Shown here: piece by piece, positions 8,357-18,486 of the stretch | How positions within the stretch are numbered: position 1 is the first letter of the stretch | Layout: each line of letters starts with the position of its first letter | From: a virus | Lineage: Duplodnaviria; Caudoviricetes | DNA length: 64,000 nucleotides | IMG/VR virus record: IMGVR_UViG_3300032007_000015 | Strand: one strand, 5' to 3' | Notes under the pieces: generated by a model | The model's input: the letters and a program-made list of their open reading frames with translations, nothing else | What the model was told of the DNA's origin: nothing | Databases searched by the model: none | Translations under genes and position numbers: made by a program

Positions 8357-9637
8357 TTAGTCTTTTCGTTTAAATCTTAATTTAAATACAGATTTTATTA
8401 TTTCTCCATCATCTGTATATATTCGAGGTACATATTCTATATAAGGAGTTCCAACCCAAGTTCTACCTGTATGTCCATAATTTTCATTAAAAGTTTTTTC
8501 ATATCTATAATTTTGTCCAGATTTACTATTTAATGAATTTCCTCCACGAATAGTATTTGAATTAAATTCAATAAGTGTATATGGATTAAAATCTTCTTTA
8601 AATGAATATTGATATGTTATACTTAGAGGTACTGCTGTTATTACACTACCTGAATCCCAAGAAAATGAACTTGATGGTATATTTACAGGGAATACCCCAT
8701 AATACTTAGACCAAAATAAAATTGTTTCACCATCTTCCGCCACCAAAATATAGTATAATGCACAAGTATAATCTATTATTTTCTGATACATATATTCAAT
8801 CTTTGGTATCCATTTTCCTCTATATACATTATTTATATAATCTGTCCATATTTTATGCATATGATAAATATGCAAGTCTCGGTCATCTGTATATTTTATT
8901 GAGAAATCTCCATTAGCTTTAGATGCTGAATTATTTCTTCCATATGTTACACCTGTATGTTGATAACTTTTTCCATATGTATCATATGTTAAGCTTTCGT
9001 CAGATAAACTAAATCCTTCAGCTTTATTAGATAATAACATATTAAATTCATCTGTAAAGTTATCACCCGAAGATTTTAATTGTAATTCTCTTAATACTTC
9101 TGGGCAATGAGAAAATGCATATACCATATTTGGATCATTTTTCATTTGAGTAGTTAAACTAAAACTTCCTGTTTCATTTAATATATTACAATCTGGTCTT
9201 GTAAAGAAAATATGTGCAAACCCTTTTGTTAATATTTCATCAGGGTGAGATAATTTAAATCTATTATAGTAATTTACATTTTTATTGAATAAATCGTTAA
9301 TTCCCTCAGTATCCATATTTAAAGATTTTCTTAATAAATCATCATATGGATAATTTATATTTAATTTATAGTCTGGTATATATTTACCATTAGCCTGTTT
9401 ACTTAATGGAGGAAACGAAACATAATTATTTGGATTATTACTTTTTTCTGTAAATGCTTTATGCCAAATAATAGTGGGATGATTTCTATTAATCCTTGAT
9501 TCTAATGATAAATTATCAGTACCTTGAATTGATGAATTAACCTGAATATCTTTTGGTATAGAATCATTAATAGCAGGAGTACTGCTTTTTGTAGAATTAC
9601 CAAAATTTATTATTTGTGACATTTGAAATTTCACCAC
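8357..9637 (-). CDS. Tail-tube-fold baseplate/tube initiator protein
   Basis: HIFFTRPDCN...FSIKYTDD...WTDYI...WSKYYGVFPVNIP...LSITYQY pattern of gp19/gp48/gp54-like proteins. Confidence 0.55.
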   Translation of the reverse strand: MVKFQMSQIINFGNSTKSSTPAINDSIPKDIQVNSSIQGTDNLSLESRINRNHPTIIWHKAFTEKSNNPNNYVSFPPLSKQANGKYIPDYKLNINYPYDDLLRKSLNMDTEGINDLFNKNVNYYNRFKLSHPDEILTKGFAHIFFTRPDCNILNETGSFSLTTQMKNDPNMVYAFSHCPEVLRELQLKSSGDNFTDEFNMLLSNKAEGFSLSDESLTYDTYGKSYQHTGVTYGRNNSASKANGDFSIKYTDDRDLHIYHMHKIWTDYINNVYRGKWIPKIEYMYQKIIDYTCALYYILVAEDGETILFWSKYYGVFPVNIPSSSFSWDSGSVITAVPLSITYQYSFKEDFNPYTLIEFNSNTIRGGNSLNSKSGQNYRYEKTFNENYGHTGRTWVGTPYIEYVPRIYTDDGEIIKSVFKLRFKRKD

Positions 9638-9749
9638 CTTTCAAAAAGGTATAATATTAAGTTTACGCTTTTAGTTTATTGTTTTTTGTATATTATTGGT
9701 TGAAATATTTATATATCATCTATTTGTCAAGAAAGGAAGGTGAAGATAA

Positions 9750-10079
9750 ATGGGAAAAAAGAAACTTACTAAAACCATTATCAAGGCTGGAGGAGAACTC
9801 TTACTTAATGATAAAACACAGAAATTCCTTTGTGGTACTTATTCAGATGGTACAACAAGATCACTAGCAGATGTAATGAATGAAGAATTTTTATCTCCAG
9901 CTGATAGAGAGAAATGGGAAATAATGAAATTTGAAAGAAGCAGATTAGTAAGACCTGAAATGATGGTTGATAACATCTCAATGCTTTCTCAATTGCCTAA
10001 AGATGTAAGAAAGAAATCTAAGAAAAAGAAGAAAAAAGACAAAAAGAAAATCAAAAAAGATTTCTATAAACATCTATAA
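9750..10079 (+). CDS. Hypothetical protein with Lys-rich C-terminus (109 aa)
   Basis: RBS GGAAGGTG; early motif TATATCAT-N5-TG at 9712-9726; terminator 10087-10123. Confidence 0.8.
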   Translation: MGKKKLTKTIIKAGGELLLNDKTQKFLCGTYSDGTTRSLADVMNEEFLSPADREKWEIMKFERSRLVRPEMMVDNISMLSQLPKDVRKKSKKKKKKDKKKIKKDFYKHL

Positions 10080-10086
10080 AGGGAAT

Positions 10087-10123
10087 AAAAATAGTAGTAC
10101 CATAATTTGGTACTACTATTTTT
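10087..10123. terminator. Bidirectional terminator
   Basis: 16-bp arms between convergent genes. Confidence 0.8.
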
Positions 10124-10131
10124 AATTATAG

Positions 10132-10401
10132 TTATTTTATTTTTTTTCTTACATAGACTTTTCCGTTTACTTCAAAAACGTCTAAAAGTAAGAGAAATAA
10201 TACATTTGATATAGGTAAAGATAAAATAAGGCTATTTACTTCTCGCATATTTGAGTCTTTTATGATTATCTCTGTTTTAGGTGCATTTGTTATGTAATTT
10301 ATATTATTATCATCCAGTATACTTTCAATATTATCCATTATATTAGATATAGTATCCATATTTTCGGATAAATATTCTGAAAATTTTTTTTTACTTTTCA
10401 C
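10132..10401 (-). CDS. Hypothetical protein (89 aa)
   Basis: ORF with RBS AAAGGTAGTG; variant late motif AACG-N6-TA upstream. Confidence 0.65.
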   Translation of the reverse strand: MKSKKKFSEYLSENMDTISNIMDNIESILDDNNINYITNAPKTEIIIKDSNMREVNSLILSLPISNVLFLLLLDVFEVNGKVYVRKKIK

Positions 10402-10464
10402 CTTATTTTTTCACTACCTTTCTTTTCTATATATTTAGAATAACGTTTAAAAGTGAATATTTTT

Positions 10465-11013
10465 TTATTTAAATATCCAGTTTTTTTCTTTTATCATTCT
10501 TTTATCTTCTTTCGTTAGTTTACGCATATTTTCTTTACCAATTATTAATGTATAAGGCTCTGAATATGCTAAGTTTTTTAATTTACTTATTATATCAGAC
10601 AATGTTTCATGTGTATATTTTGTAGATGCTGATATATTTAGATTATTACATTTAAATTCATTATCTATTATGACATTTTCAAGATTTTTACATTCAATAA
10701 ATGCTGTTTCATCAATTTTTCTTACTGAATTTGATAGATAAATTGTTTTTAATTTTTCAGAGTTTGATATATACATACCAATTTCTCTAACACCTTCTAA
10801 AAAATATATTTCTTCAAGATACATTAATCCATAAAAAACATAATTACGAATTATAGCATTTGATAATTGAATATTTTTTAAAGTTCCAAAAATAATATCA
10901 TCAAAATCTTCTTTATATTGATAAAGTGCTTTTATTTCTTCATCTTGATTTTCAGATTTATCACATAGATAACTAAAATAATTACCTAATGATGTCATAA
11001 AGTCAATCACCAT
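10465..11013 (-). CDS. BspA-type leucine-rich repeat protein
   Basis: LEEIYFLEGVREIG...LKTIYLSNSVRKIDETAFIECKNLENV matches LRR_5 periodicity. Confidence 0.65.
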   Translation of the reverse strand: MVIDFMTSLGNYFSYLCDKSENQDEEIKALYQYKEDFDDIIFGTLKNIQLSNAIIRNYVFYGLMYLEEIYFLEGVREIGMYISNSEKLKTIYLSNSVRKIDETAFIECKNLENVIIDNEFKCNNLNISASTKYTHETLSDIISKLKNLAYSEPYTLIIGKENMRKLTKEDKRMIKEKNWIFK

Positions 11014-11035
11014 CCATAACTTATTTACCTCCTTT

Positions 11036-11081
11036 AAAGATTAAGGTCTTAATATAATGTTTTATTAAGACCTTAATCTTT
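11036..11081. terminator. Terminator hairpin with embedded late promoter
   Basis: 19-bp arms; minus-strand AACA TTATAT TA at 11050-11061 spans the loop. Confidence 0.7.
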
Positions 11082-11086
11082 TATTT

Positions 11087-14000
11087 TTATGAAACATAAT
11101 TGAATAGGTAAGGGATTTTAGTTATACAAAAATGATCCCCGGTATCAGGATTTTCGGTACCATCATTATAAAATTTAACTCCTGAAAATTTTACATCAGA
11201 TTCTATTATGAAATGACATTGTAATTTACAATAATCACCACCAGCACTATCACCGGTATACCAATTAAATATATTTGTAGAATATCTTGGTTCATAACTT
11301 GCACTACAAAATAAAACCATTGGTTTTATTTTATTACTTATTACGGCATCTGATAATGTATAATAATTGCCATCCAAATTTAATTTAAATTCTTTAAATG
11401 ATAATCCTCTCCATAACACACCACCATAAAAAGTTACACCAATAGTAAATGTCTCATCACCAATGACAGGAGTATCAAATGTTATTTCAGTATAAGAACT
11501 AGCTGGAATTTTATTTGATTTACTTCTATATACTAATAATTCTTCACCATTACTTGATTCTGATTCAATTAATAATGTATCAAAATTTCCAAAATAATAT
11601 GTATAATCTGGAAATGGAGATAACAATGACGTTGATGCATTAATTATAGCATTTTCACCAGTTGTTGGATTGTAGAAATATACTTTATTTTTATATGAAT
11701 CATTCGTTGTATTTAATGAAGCATTACCAAATTCAAAGCTACCAAGTTCTATTAAGTTATAAAAATAAATATCATTCGTATTTGATTTTATAACAATTTC
11801 ATTATCAACTCCAACATTTAAATTCTCTAATGTATATTTAATTTCACTTATACCATTACCATCAGCTGCTATAGTTGAATTTGTCATTGAAGTTTCGGTA
11901 TCATTACTTTTTATTATATAATTTCTACCTTTATTTGCATAAAAGAATGCTTTAAATCGTATTTTAAAGACAGCAGCTCTTGGATTTATTTTAGTTGAAA
12001 GAATATTTCCATATCTTATACTATCTTTAGGTAAAGCTGATAAATTTTTTATATTATTAGCCATTACTTGAAATGTCGCATCACTAGATGTTTTAATACC
12101 TTTGTCAGTAATTGCTGATGCTAATAATTGTTTACCATTACTGACAGATTGAAAAACCTGATTTAATTTAGTATCTATTTCTGATTTTGTATAATCACTT
12201 GTCCAAGCAGACCAAGTATCATCAGACAAATATCTTGTATATGTTTTACCACTATTATCATAAATATATTGATAAATATTATCAGATTTATAAACTAACA
12301 TAAAGAATGAATATAATGTTGGTTTATTTAGAATTGTACTATCTTCAGCATTTAAAAATGTAAATTCTTTATTATCACCAATAGTTTCCCAAGTAATTTG
12401 TTTAGTTGTTGAATCGTATTCACCAAAATATATATTCAATCCACGACCTAAATTATAAATATCAATATATTTACTTTCAGTTGAATTTATTAAATTTGCT
12501 GAATAATTACCCATCTTATAATGATAATGTGTAAAATGTATATCTTTTGTATCGCCATTCATTATAAATTGATATTCAATATATCCATAATACCCATCAA
12601 CCATTCCACAACTACCACCATTAAGATAATCTGAATTTGGAGTAATACTAGTATCTGGGCTTCTATAATATAGATATCCAATACCTGTTGCAGCTACATT
12701 TTCTCCAACTCGCCTATTATTAATATATATATTGATATCATTATTTTTATCGTAATTAACAGCTCGTTCTACAAATGTTTTTGCAGTATCAGTTGATACA
12801 TATAGATTATCATCAACCTTTAAGCAATATAAAACACTCTTTTTAATTGAAAACGTTCGTGAATATAAAGAATTATGAATAGTAAATCTTGTTTCATCAT
12901 CAGTATTAGTATTATTAGTAATACTAATAGAATCAAGATTCATAAATTTTTTCATAATTTCAGAATATGCTTCTTCATTAGAAAGTATTCCATTATAAAA
13001 TCCAAATTCTTTATAATTATTTAAATCTGAATTAAGTGGGATTAATTCAATGGAAATTTTATTATTTAATCTATCTATCGTTGCTTTATCATAATAATCA
13101 TCAAACTTAGCAGTAATTACTCTATTTTGAACAGGATTAGTTGATTCTGAACTAAGTTCATTGTCAATTGTAATTCCATTACTTAGTGTTTCAACAATTT
13201 CATTTATTGCACCGATAATATTTTTATTTTGAGTATTTAAACTTGTAATCTTTCCAGATGTTAAATAATCTAAAATTAATGATTTAATTTTAGATTCATT
13301 TATATTTGTATTAATATTTTCCCAATTTCCATATGATTCCCCATTATAATTTCTAACATAAATATTAGGTTTATATAACTTATCTTCAATGGCTATTTGA
13401 GAGAATCCACTATGTCTGCCAACTATCATAAAAAATGGATATTTTGTTGGTTTATTTGTGATGGTATCTACAGTTGAGTTCATGAAACAATATCTACCAT
13501 TTGTACCATATGTTGTATATTTTAATTCACCATCATCATCAACTGTCATCATTATTATATTACCAGTCGCACCGTTATTTACGATATAAACATAATCAGT
13601 ACCAAAAACAGCTCTACCCCAATAATAATCTACTAAAATATTAAATTGCATATTATCACCAGATGAGTTGATTTCAATGCCATTCAATACACCACTTTGA
13701 GCTTTAACTGTGCCACCATTTAACTTATTCCTGTCAAATCTACTATAGTATAGTTCTATACTTCCACTCATTTTACTAGTAAAAACATCAATTGATTTGT
13801 TTTCAGCATATGTTCTTTTTAATGTTAAAAATTCGTCAGTGGTAAACATACCATAATAATTTATACCATTATATTTTAATTGTATAAGTAATCCATAAAA
13901 TGAAAATGCTCCAGGAGATGGAGAAGAACTTCTATTAGTATTTACATATACAGTAGTTTTATTATCAAATAATGTATGGGCATTAGGTATTCTAAGTGTA

Positions 14001-14593
14001 TCCCATATTGTATCAGTATAATCGGTCATATTGATTTTATCACCATTGATAATATCTTCAAAATCTATTATGTCTTTATAATTTTCATCTTCAGGCATAT
14101 AATAATAAAATCCTTCAGTAGAATAATCATTTAAACTAGTATTAGGTTCTATCTGTTTACATATGATTGATGTATCACCAGAAGGTATATTTTCCATTAA
14201 TTTATCTATTTCATCTTTAGTATAATCATTTACAACTTTTTCTTTAAGGTCATCAGTAAAATCATTACTACTTAATCCTTTACCATCTTCTTTGTCAACC
14301 TTATTAGCTAAAGATGTTATTAAATTTATATATACATCTTGATGCTCTTCTATCCAATCACCAACTTCTTTTAATGTATCATATAGTTCTGGTGCACCTT
14401 CAACTAATGTATTAAATCTATTTTTAAGTTCTTCTAAATCTGAATTTTTTGCAAAATCATTAAGAATATCAGTTAATGTATTTCCATCACGATCTTTTAT
14501 TATATCGGTATGAGAACTAATTAATAGATTATATATAATTCCATTAAAATTCTTTTTTAAAATAATTTTTTTATTATCCATATATTTATTCAC
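11087..14593 (-). CDS. Tail fibre / receptor-binding protein (1168 aa)
   Basis: APELYDTLKEV, KVDKEDGKGLSSNDFT, IDNELSSESTNPVQNRVI and FQSVSNGKQLLASAITDKG are recurrent Firmicute phage fibre motifs. Confidence 0.7.
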   Translation of the reverse strand: MNKYMDNKKIILKKNFNGIIYNLLISSHTDIIKDRDGNTLTDILNDFAKNSDLEELKNRFNTLVEGAPELYDTLKEVGDWIEEHQDVYINLITSLANKVDKEDGKGLSSNDFTDDLKEKVVNDYTKDEIDKLMENIPSGDTSIICKQIEPNTSLNDYSTEGFYYYMPEDENYKDIIDFEDIINGDKINMTDYTDTIWDTLRIPNAHTLFDNKTTVYVNTNRSSSPSPGAFSFYGLLIQLKYNGINYYGMFTTDEFLTLKRTYAENKSIDVFTSKMSGSIELYYSRFDRNKLNGGTVKAQSGVLNGIEINSSGDNMQFNILVDYYWGRAVFGTDYVYIVNNGATGNIIMMTVDDDGELKYTTYGTNGRYCFMNSTVDTITNKPTKYPFFMIVGRHSGFSQIAIEDKLYKPNIYVRNYNGESYGNWENINTNINESKIKSLILDYLTSGKITSLNTQNKNIIGAINEIVETLSNGITIDNELSSESTNPVQNRVITAKFDDYYDKATIDRLNNKISIELIPLNSDLNNYKEFGFYNGILSNEEAYSEIMKKFMNLDSISITNNTNTDDETRFTIHNSLYSRTFSIKKSVLYCLKVDDNLYVSTDTAKTFVERAVNYDKNNDINIYINNRRVGENVAATGIGYLYYRSPDTSITPNSDYLNGGSCGMVDGYYGYIEYQFIMNGDTKDIHFTHYHYKMGNYSANLINSTESKYIDIYNLGRGLNIYFGEYDSTTKQITWETIGDNKEFTFLNAEDSTILNKPTLYSFFMLVYKSDNIYQYIYDNSGKTYTRYLSDDTWSAWTSDYTKSEIDTKLNQVFQSVSNGKQLLASAITDKGIKTSSDATFQVMANNIKNLSALPKDSIRYGNILSTKINPRAAVFKIRFKAFFYANKGRNYIIKSNDTETSMTNSTIAADGNGISEIKYTLENLNVGVDNEIVIKSNTNDIYFYNLIELGSFEFGNASLNTTNDSYKNKVYFYNPTTGENAIINASTSLLSPFPDYTYYFGNFDTLLIESESSNGEELLVYRSKSNKIPASSYTEITFDTPVIGDETFTIGVTFYGGVLWRGLSFKEFKLNLDGNYYTLSDAVISNKIKPMVLFCSASYEPRYSTNIFNWYTGDSAGGDYCKLQCHFIIESDVKFSGVKFYNDGTENPDTGDHFCITKIPYLFNYVS

Positions 14594-14606
14594 CTTCTTT
14601 TAATAA

Positions 14607-14640
14607 AAAGCTTCATAGTTTATATAAACTATGAAGCTTT
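14607..14640. terminator. Perfect 34-bp palindrome / terminator
   Basis: AAAGCTTCATAGTTTAT|ATAAACTATGAAGCTTT. Confidence 0.75.
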
Positions 14641-14644
14641 AAAA

Positions 14645-15706
14645 TTATATTAAATATTTTTTCAGAGCAACATATTCGCCCTCTTCTATATCCGTAATGT
14701 ATTTCTTGATTTCTTCTAATTTAACCATTGTATTTTCATTATATACACCGTCAAGTGTATTATTTGAAACAACTAATTTAGCGAATAAATCATTTCGTTT
14801 AACCCTACAATACATAAAATAATAACCTTTATTATCAGGGTCTAATACATCTTTTGATACTGAAGATGAATCAAATGTAGAACCATCACCAACAATAATC
14901 GTTGGAATTGTCTCATCATCATCCGAGCCATTATATAATTCATTTGTAATAATATCAGTATCATTTACGATAAAGTAATTATCTAAATCTAAAGACACAT
15001 CTATTTCGATATTTCTTGGTTTAAAGTTTATGTTAATTGGGTCAAACTTAATTCCTTCAGCTTTGCTATCATAAATTATAATATATTTAGTTTTATCATC
15101 AGGGCATGGTATAGGATGAGAAACACCATTCATACTTCTATCATCAAATACAGGATCAACAACTTCATATACATGCTCAAGAATCATTATATTATCAATG
15201 ATTAATGTAAATTTAGTCGAATCTGAATAATGTAATCCAAATGGAGATGTCATTGATCTATATATTAAATTAAATGAACCCATAAATTTTTTACCAATTT
15301 TATATGATAAATCATTATTTTCATTTATTACTAATGGAATTACCATATCGGATGTATTAATTCTAACATAATTAATACCTGAATCAACTGGTTGATTATC
15401 TTCAGATAATAAATGATATTCTATTGCTAAATCATATCTATCAAGTAATTTATCAATTGTTTTTACTTTATTAGCTTTAATAAGAGTTAATACGTTATTA
15501 ATGATTTCATTATTTGTATATGGTTTTTCGAGTATGTTTGATAAAGAAACTTTTACTCGTAAATTATTTTCATTAGTAATTATTTCACTTGTGACGCTAT
15601 TTGGATTATAATCACTATAAAATGCTTTATCATACATATCTTCAATATGAACATTATCATTTATTTGAAAAAGTGTTTTATTAAAAATACCATAAATACC
15701 TTTCAT
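14645..15706 (-). CDS. Hypothetical late protein (353 aa)
   Basis: ORF with RBS; late motif at 15735-15746. Confidence 0.7.
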   Translation of the reverse strand: MKGIYGIFNKTLFQINDNVHIEDMYDKAFYSDYNPNSVTSEIITNENNLRVKVSLSNILEKPYTNNEIINNVLTLIKANKVKTIDKLLDRYDLAIEYHLLSEDNQPVDSGINYVRINTSDMVIPLVINENNDLSYKIGKKFMGSFNLIYRSMTSPFGLHYSDSTKFTLIIDNIMILEHVYEVVDPVFDDRSMNGVSHPIPCPDDKTKYIIIYDSKAEGIKFDPININFKPRNIEIDVSLDLDNYFIVNDTDIITNELYNGSDDDETIPTIIVGDGSTFDSSSVSKDVLDPDNKGYYFMYCRVKRNDLFAKLVVSNNTLDGVYNENTMVKLEEIKKYITDIEEGEYVALKKYLI

Positions 15707-15766
15707 TTATTTTCACTACCTTTCTTTTTTATATTAAATGATTGTTTTTTATGCTTAGAAAAATAA

Positions 15767-15800
15767 AAAGAGAATGCATAGTTAACTATGCATTCTCTTT
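15767..15800. terminator. Perfect 34-bp palindrome overlapping the rusA stop
   Basis: AAAGAGAATGCATAGTT|AACTATGCATTCTCTTT. Confidence 0.75.
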
Positions 15801-16384
15801 GACTTGTTTAAATTAAACTGACTATCATATTCTTCCATATATTCTATTTTAATTTCTATCCTTGGTTTAACTGAATAATATTTATATGAATAACCTTCAA
15901 TAATTAATTGGTCATCATATAATAATGAACCTTGAATCATATCTGAATAAGTTTTAGCAAGATTATCAAAATCTGGTTTTGATATTGGTCTTATATATCC
16001 TAATTCAGCCAATATTTTTTCTAAATTATTCATAGAATTAGGTATTGGAAGATATGATGTACAATAAAATTTACAAGGTGTATATATCATAAATTCATTA
16101 TCTTTAAAAAATTTTTTAAAAATTTTTTTATTATCGGCAGCACCTTTGACGTAAAATATACCATTACTTGTAGACCGTGGTCTTGGCGTTGCTTTTGGGA
16201 TAAGATATATAGTATAACTTACTTCATTCCATTTGATATTTTTTATTTTATTTATTGAACTTAAAATTTTTCCTTTTAAGTTATTAGTACTTTTAAATAC
16301 TGATAGCAAATAGTCTAATCTTCCAGTATCTGAATTTGGTATATTACCATATAAATTATTATATTCTAATTCTTGTTTTGTCAT
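15782..16384 (-). CDS. rusA: RusA-family Holliday junction resolvase
   Basis: PKATPRPR...KPDFDNLAKTYSDMIQGSLLYDDQLI...PRIEIKI. Confidence 0.85.
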   Translation of the reverse strand: MTKQELEYNNLYGNIPNSDTGRLDYLLSVFKSTNNLKGKILSSINKIKNIKWNEVSYTIYLIPKATPRPRSTSNGIFYVKGAADNKKIFKKFFKDNEFMIYTPCKFYCTSYLPIPNSMNNLEKILAELGYIRPISKPDFDNLAKTYSDMIQGSLLYDDQLIIEGYSYKYYSVKPRIEIKIEYMEEYDSQFNLNKSKRMHS

Positions 16385-16391
16385 AGTTTAT

Positions 16392-18395
16392 TTACCCCAT
16401 AATTTGTAACCAACCTGAAATTCTACTATCAATAGACTCAGTTGCTTTACCAACAACGTTTGGAATATATTCTTTAACATTTTCTTTTACGTTGTTAATA
16501 GTTGCACTAAGTTTAGTAGCTAATCGTGGTTCAAGTGAATTTAATCCGCAATTAATAGAAAGATAATCTATTAAACTTGAATTATTTAAAAATAACAATG
16601 GATTATTACTAGGTGTCATCATTAAGTCAGAATATAAGTCAGCTATATTTAGCGTTATATCCCATTCTGTAAATAATCCATCTGTATTTCTTGAATCAGA
16701 TGACACTTTTTTATTTATTTGTATTCCTGTAACTAAACCTAAATTACAAGCAAATTCACCATCCATCAGTACTTTTACCAAAAATGGTGATTTATATGAG
16801 TTTGCTGAATTTTGCCTTGGTAAAGCTAATGCTAACAAATGCATTGCTGGAACTAAAATATCCATATAATATGATGTTAAGTTACCATACAAAGCTTTTA
16901 AATGTACAGTTATGCTGTAATCTTTTGAATAACTACTTCCCTGATATATATCAGGCATAATAACATTATTACCTGTTATAATATTATTAGCAACGTCGGT
17001 TATTCTTGATAATACCGATTGTATATTATTCGAACCAGATGCCTCATTTAAATTAAGAGCTGATTTAAAGCTATCCATTATACTTGTACTATATTCTTTC
17101 ATTTTATCATCGAGTTCAGCAAGACCAGCACTATTAGCCATAAACGATACATCCATCATTTTTTGGGAACCAGAACTTAATAAGTCTTTTAATGACGAAG
17201 AACCTGAAGAGTTGCTTAAACTTTCACTAGATGATGAATACTCAGGGTCTACATAGAACTGTACATAATTAACTTGTCTAAATGCATTTTCCATAGAATC
17301 AGATGCTTCTGCATCATTCTCTAAATCATCAGTATCTGTTTGTAAGTTTAAACTTTTGCTACCATTTGAGTTTTTATTTCCGGTTACAACTCCGACCATA
17401 CTGGAACCGAATGATTTAAGTTTATTAAACATTGATGATACGTCATCACTTGCATTACGTAATACATTCTGTGTTATTGATGAATATTTTACGCCATCCC
17501 AACGATAGTTTTTCCAGTCAAAAGAATCAAAATCAATACTTGACCAAGTTGCATCACCTGAACCATTTCTACTAGATATATATTTATACCCAACATCATT
17601 TACTTCTAGTAAAGTTGCACAAGTTCTACATAAAATATTTACATATCTTATATATGCTAAATAGTTTGATTTAAAATCATACAATCTTATTTTATCACTT
17701 TTAGAATCAGAATTATTTGAATCTGATATCAATTGTTCAATCTGGTCTAGTGAACCAGATGCACCTTGAAGAAATGCATCAGTATATGTATTTCTTTTAT
17801 CTTTATTAACACCCGGTAAATAATATGGTTCACCCGGAATAATAGTAACAACAGGTGCTTCAAGCATTACCCTATTTATAAAATTTCTACCGACATATTT
17901 ATTTATTTCATTTACACGAGGGTCAACCGAGTTCAAAAATTGATATGGTAATCCAAATAGTTGCATCGTTTTTTTATATTTTTCATTACTTGTGTCAACT
18001 GAATTAATCAATGATGTATTATTAAACATATTAGATGCCATATTATATATCATTGTATTATTTGCATTTTTAGATATATTTGTTGTATCTACATACCAAT
18101 CAGTTTTTGTGATGTATTTTCCATTATTATCTTCATTGGTAGTTACGAATAATAATACACATTTACCACTTGATATTATTCCCCATTTATATGTCACATA
18201 TACAGTTATTTTTTTCTCTGTATTTGTTTGATAATCATAATATGATGAATCGTAAGTATCTGTTGTTACTTTTATATCGGTGATAAGAAATTCTTCACCA
18301 GCTGCTAAAGTTCCAACAACAGAACTTGATATACTACAAGAAGATCTTATCTTAACACTTTGTCTTGGTATACCGGTATATTGTTTTGATGCCAT
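16392..18395 (-). CDS. Tail/baseplate structural protein with SH3b-like N-terminus (667 aa)
   Basis: VKIRSSCSISSSVVGTLAAGE N-terminus; tube-initiator-like C-terminus (MPDIYQGSSYSKDYSITVHL...SPFLVKV); follows the tape measure gene; late motif 18422-18433. Confidence 0.55.
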   Translation of the reverse strand: MASKQYTGIPRQSVKIRSSCSISSSVVGTLAAGEEFLITDIKVTTDTYDSSYYDYQTNTEKKITVYVTYKWGIISSGKCVLLFVTTNEDNNGKYITKTDWYVDTTNISKNANNTMIYNMASNMFNNTSLINSVDTSNEKYKKTMQLFGLPYQFLNSVDPRVNEINKYVGRNFINRVMLEAPVVTIIPGEPYYLPGVNKDKRNTYTDAFLQGASGSLDQIEQLISDSNNSDSKSDKIRLYDFKSNYLAYIRYVNILCRTCATLLEVNDVGYKYISSRNGSGDATWSSIDFDSFDWKNYRWDGVKYSSITQNVLRNASDDVSSMFNKLKSFGSSMVGVVTGNKNSNGSKSLNLQTDTDDLENDAEASDSMENAFRQVNYVQFYVDPEYSSSSESLSNSSGSSSLKDLLSSGSQKMMDVSFMANSAGLAELDDKMKEYSTSIMDSFKSALNLNEASGSNNIQSVLSRITDVANNIITGNNVIMPDIYQGSSYSKDYSITVHLKALYGNLTSYYMDILVPAMHLLALALPRQNSANSYKSPFLVKVLMDGEFACNLGLVTGIQINKKVSSDSRNTDGLFTEWDITLNIADLYSDLMMTPSNNPLLFLNNSSLIDYLSINCGLNSLEPRLATKLSATINNVKENVKEYIPNVVGKATESIDSRISGWLQIMG

Positions 18396-18446
18396 TTTTA
18401 CACCACCTTTTATTTTTACGTTATTATTTTGTTATTTTTGTAATTA

Positions 18447-18480
18447 AATCGAGATAATGGAAATATCCATTATCTCGATT
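18447..18480. terminator. Inverted repeat after tape measure gene
   Basis: 15-bp arms. Confidence 0.7.
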
Positions 18481-18486
18481 CATTAA

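Noticed and set aside
9679-9867. 62-aa ORF overlapping 9750-10079; also 45572-45865 and 34185-34367
   Set aside because: No RBS; they overlap better-supported genes, promoters or terminators
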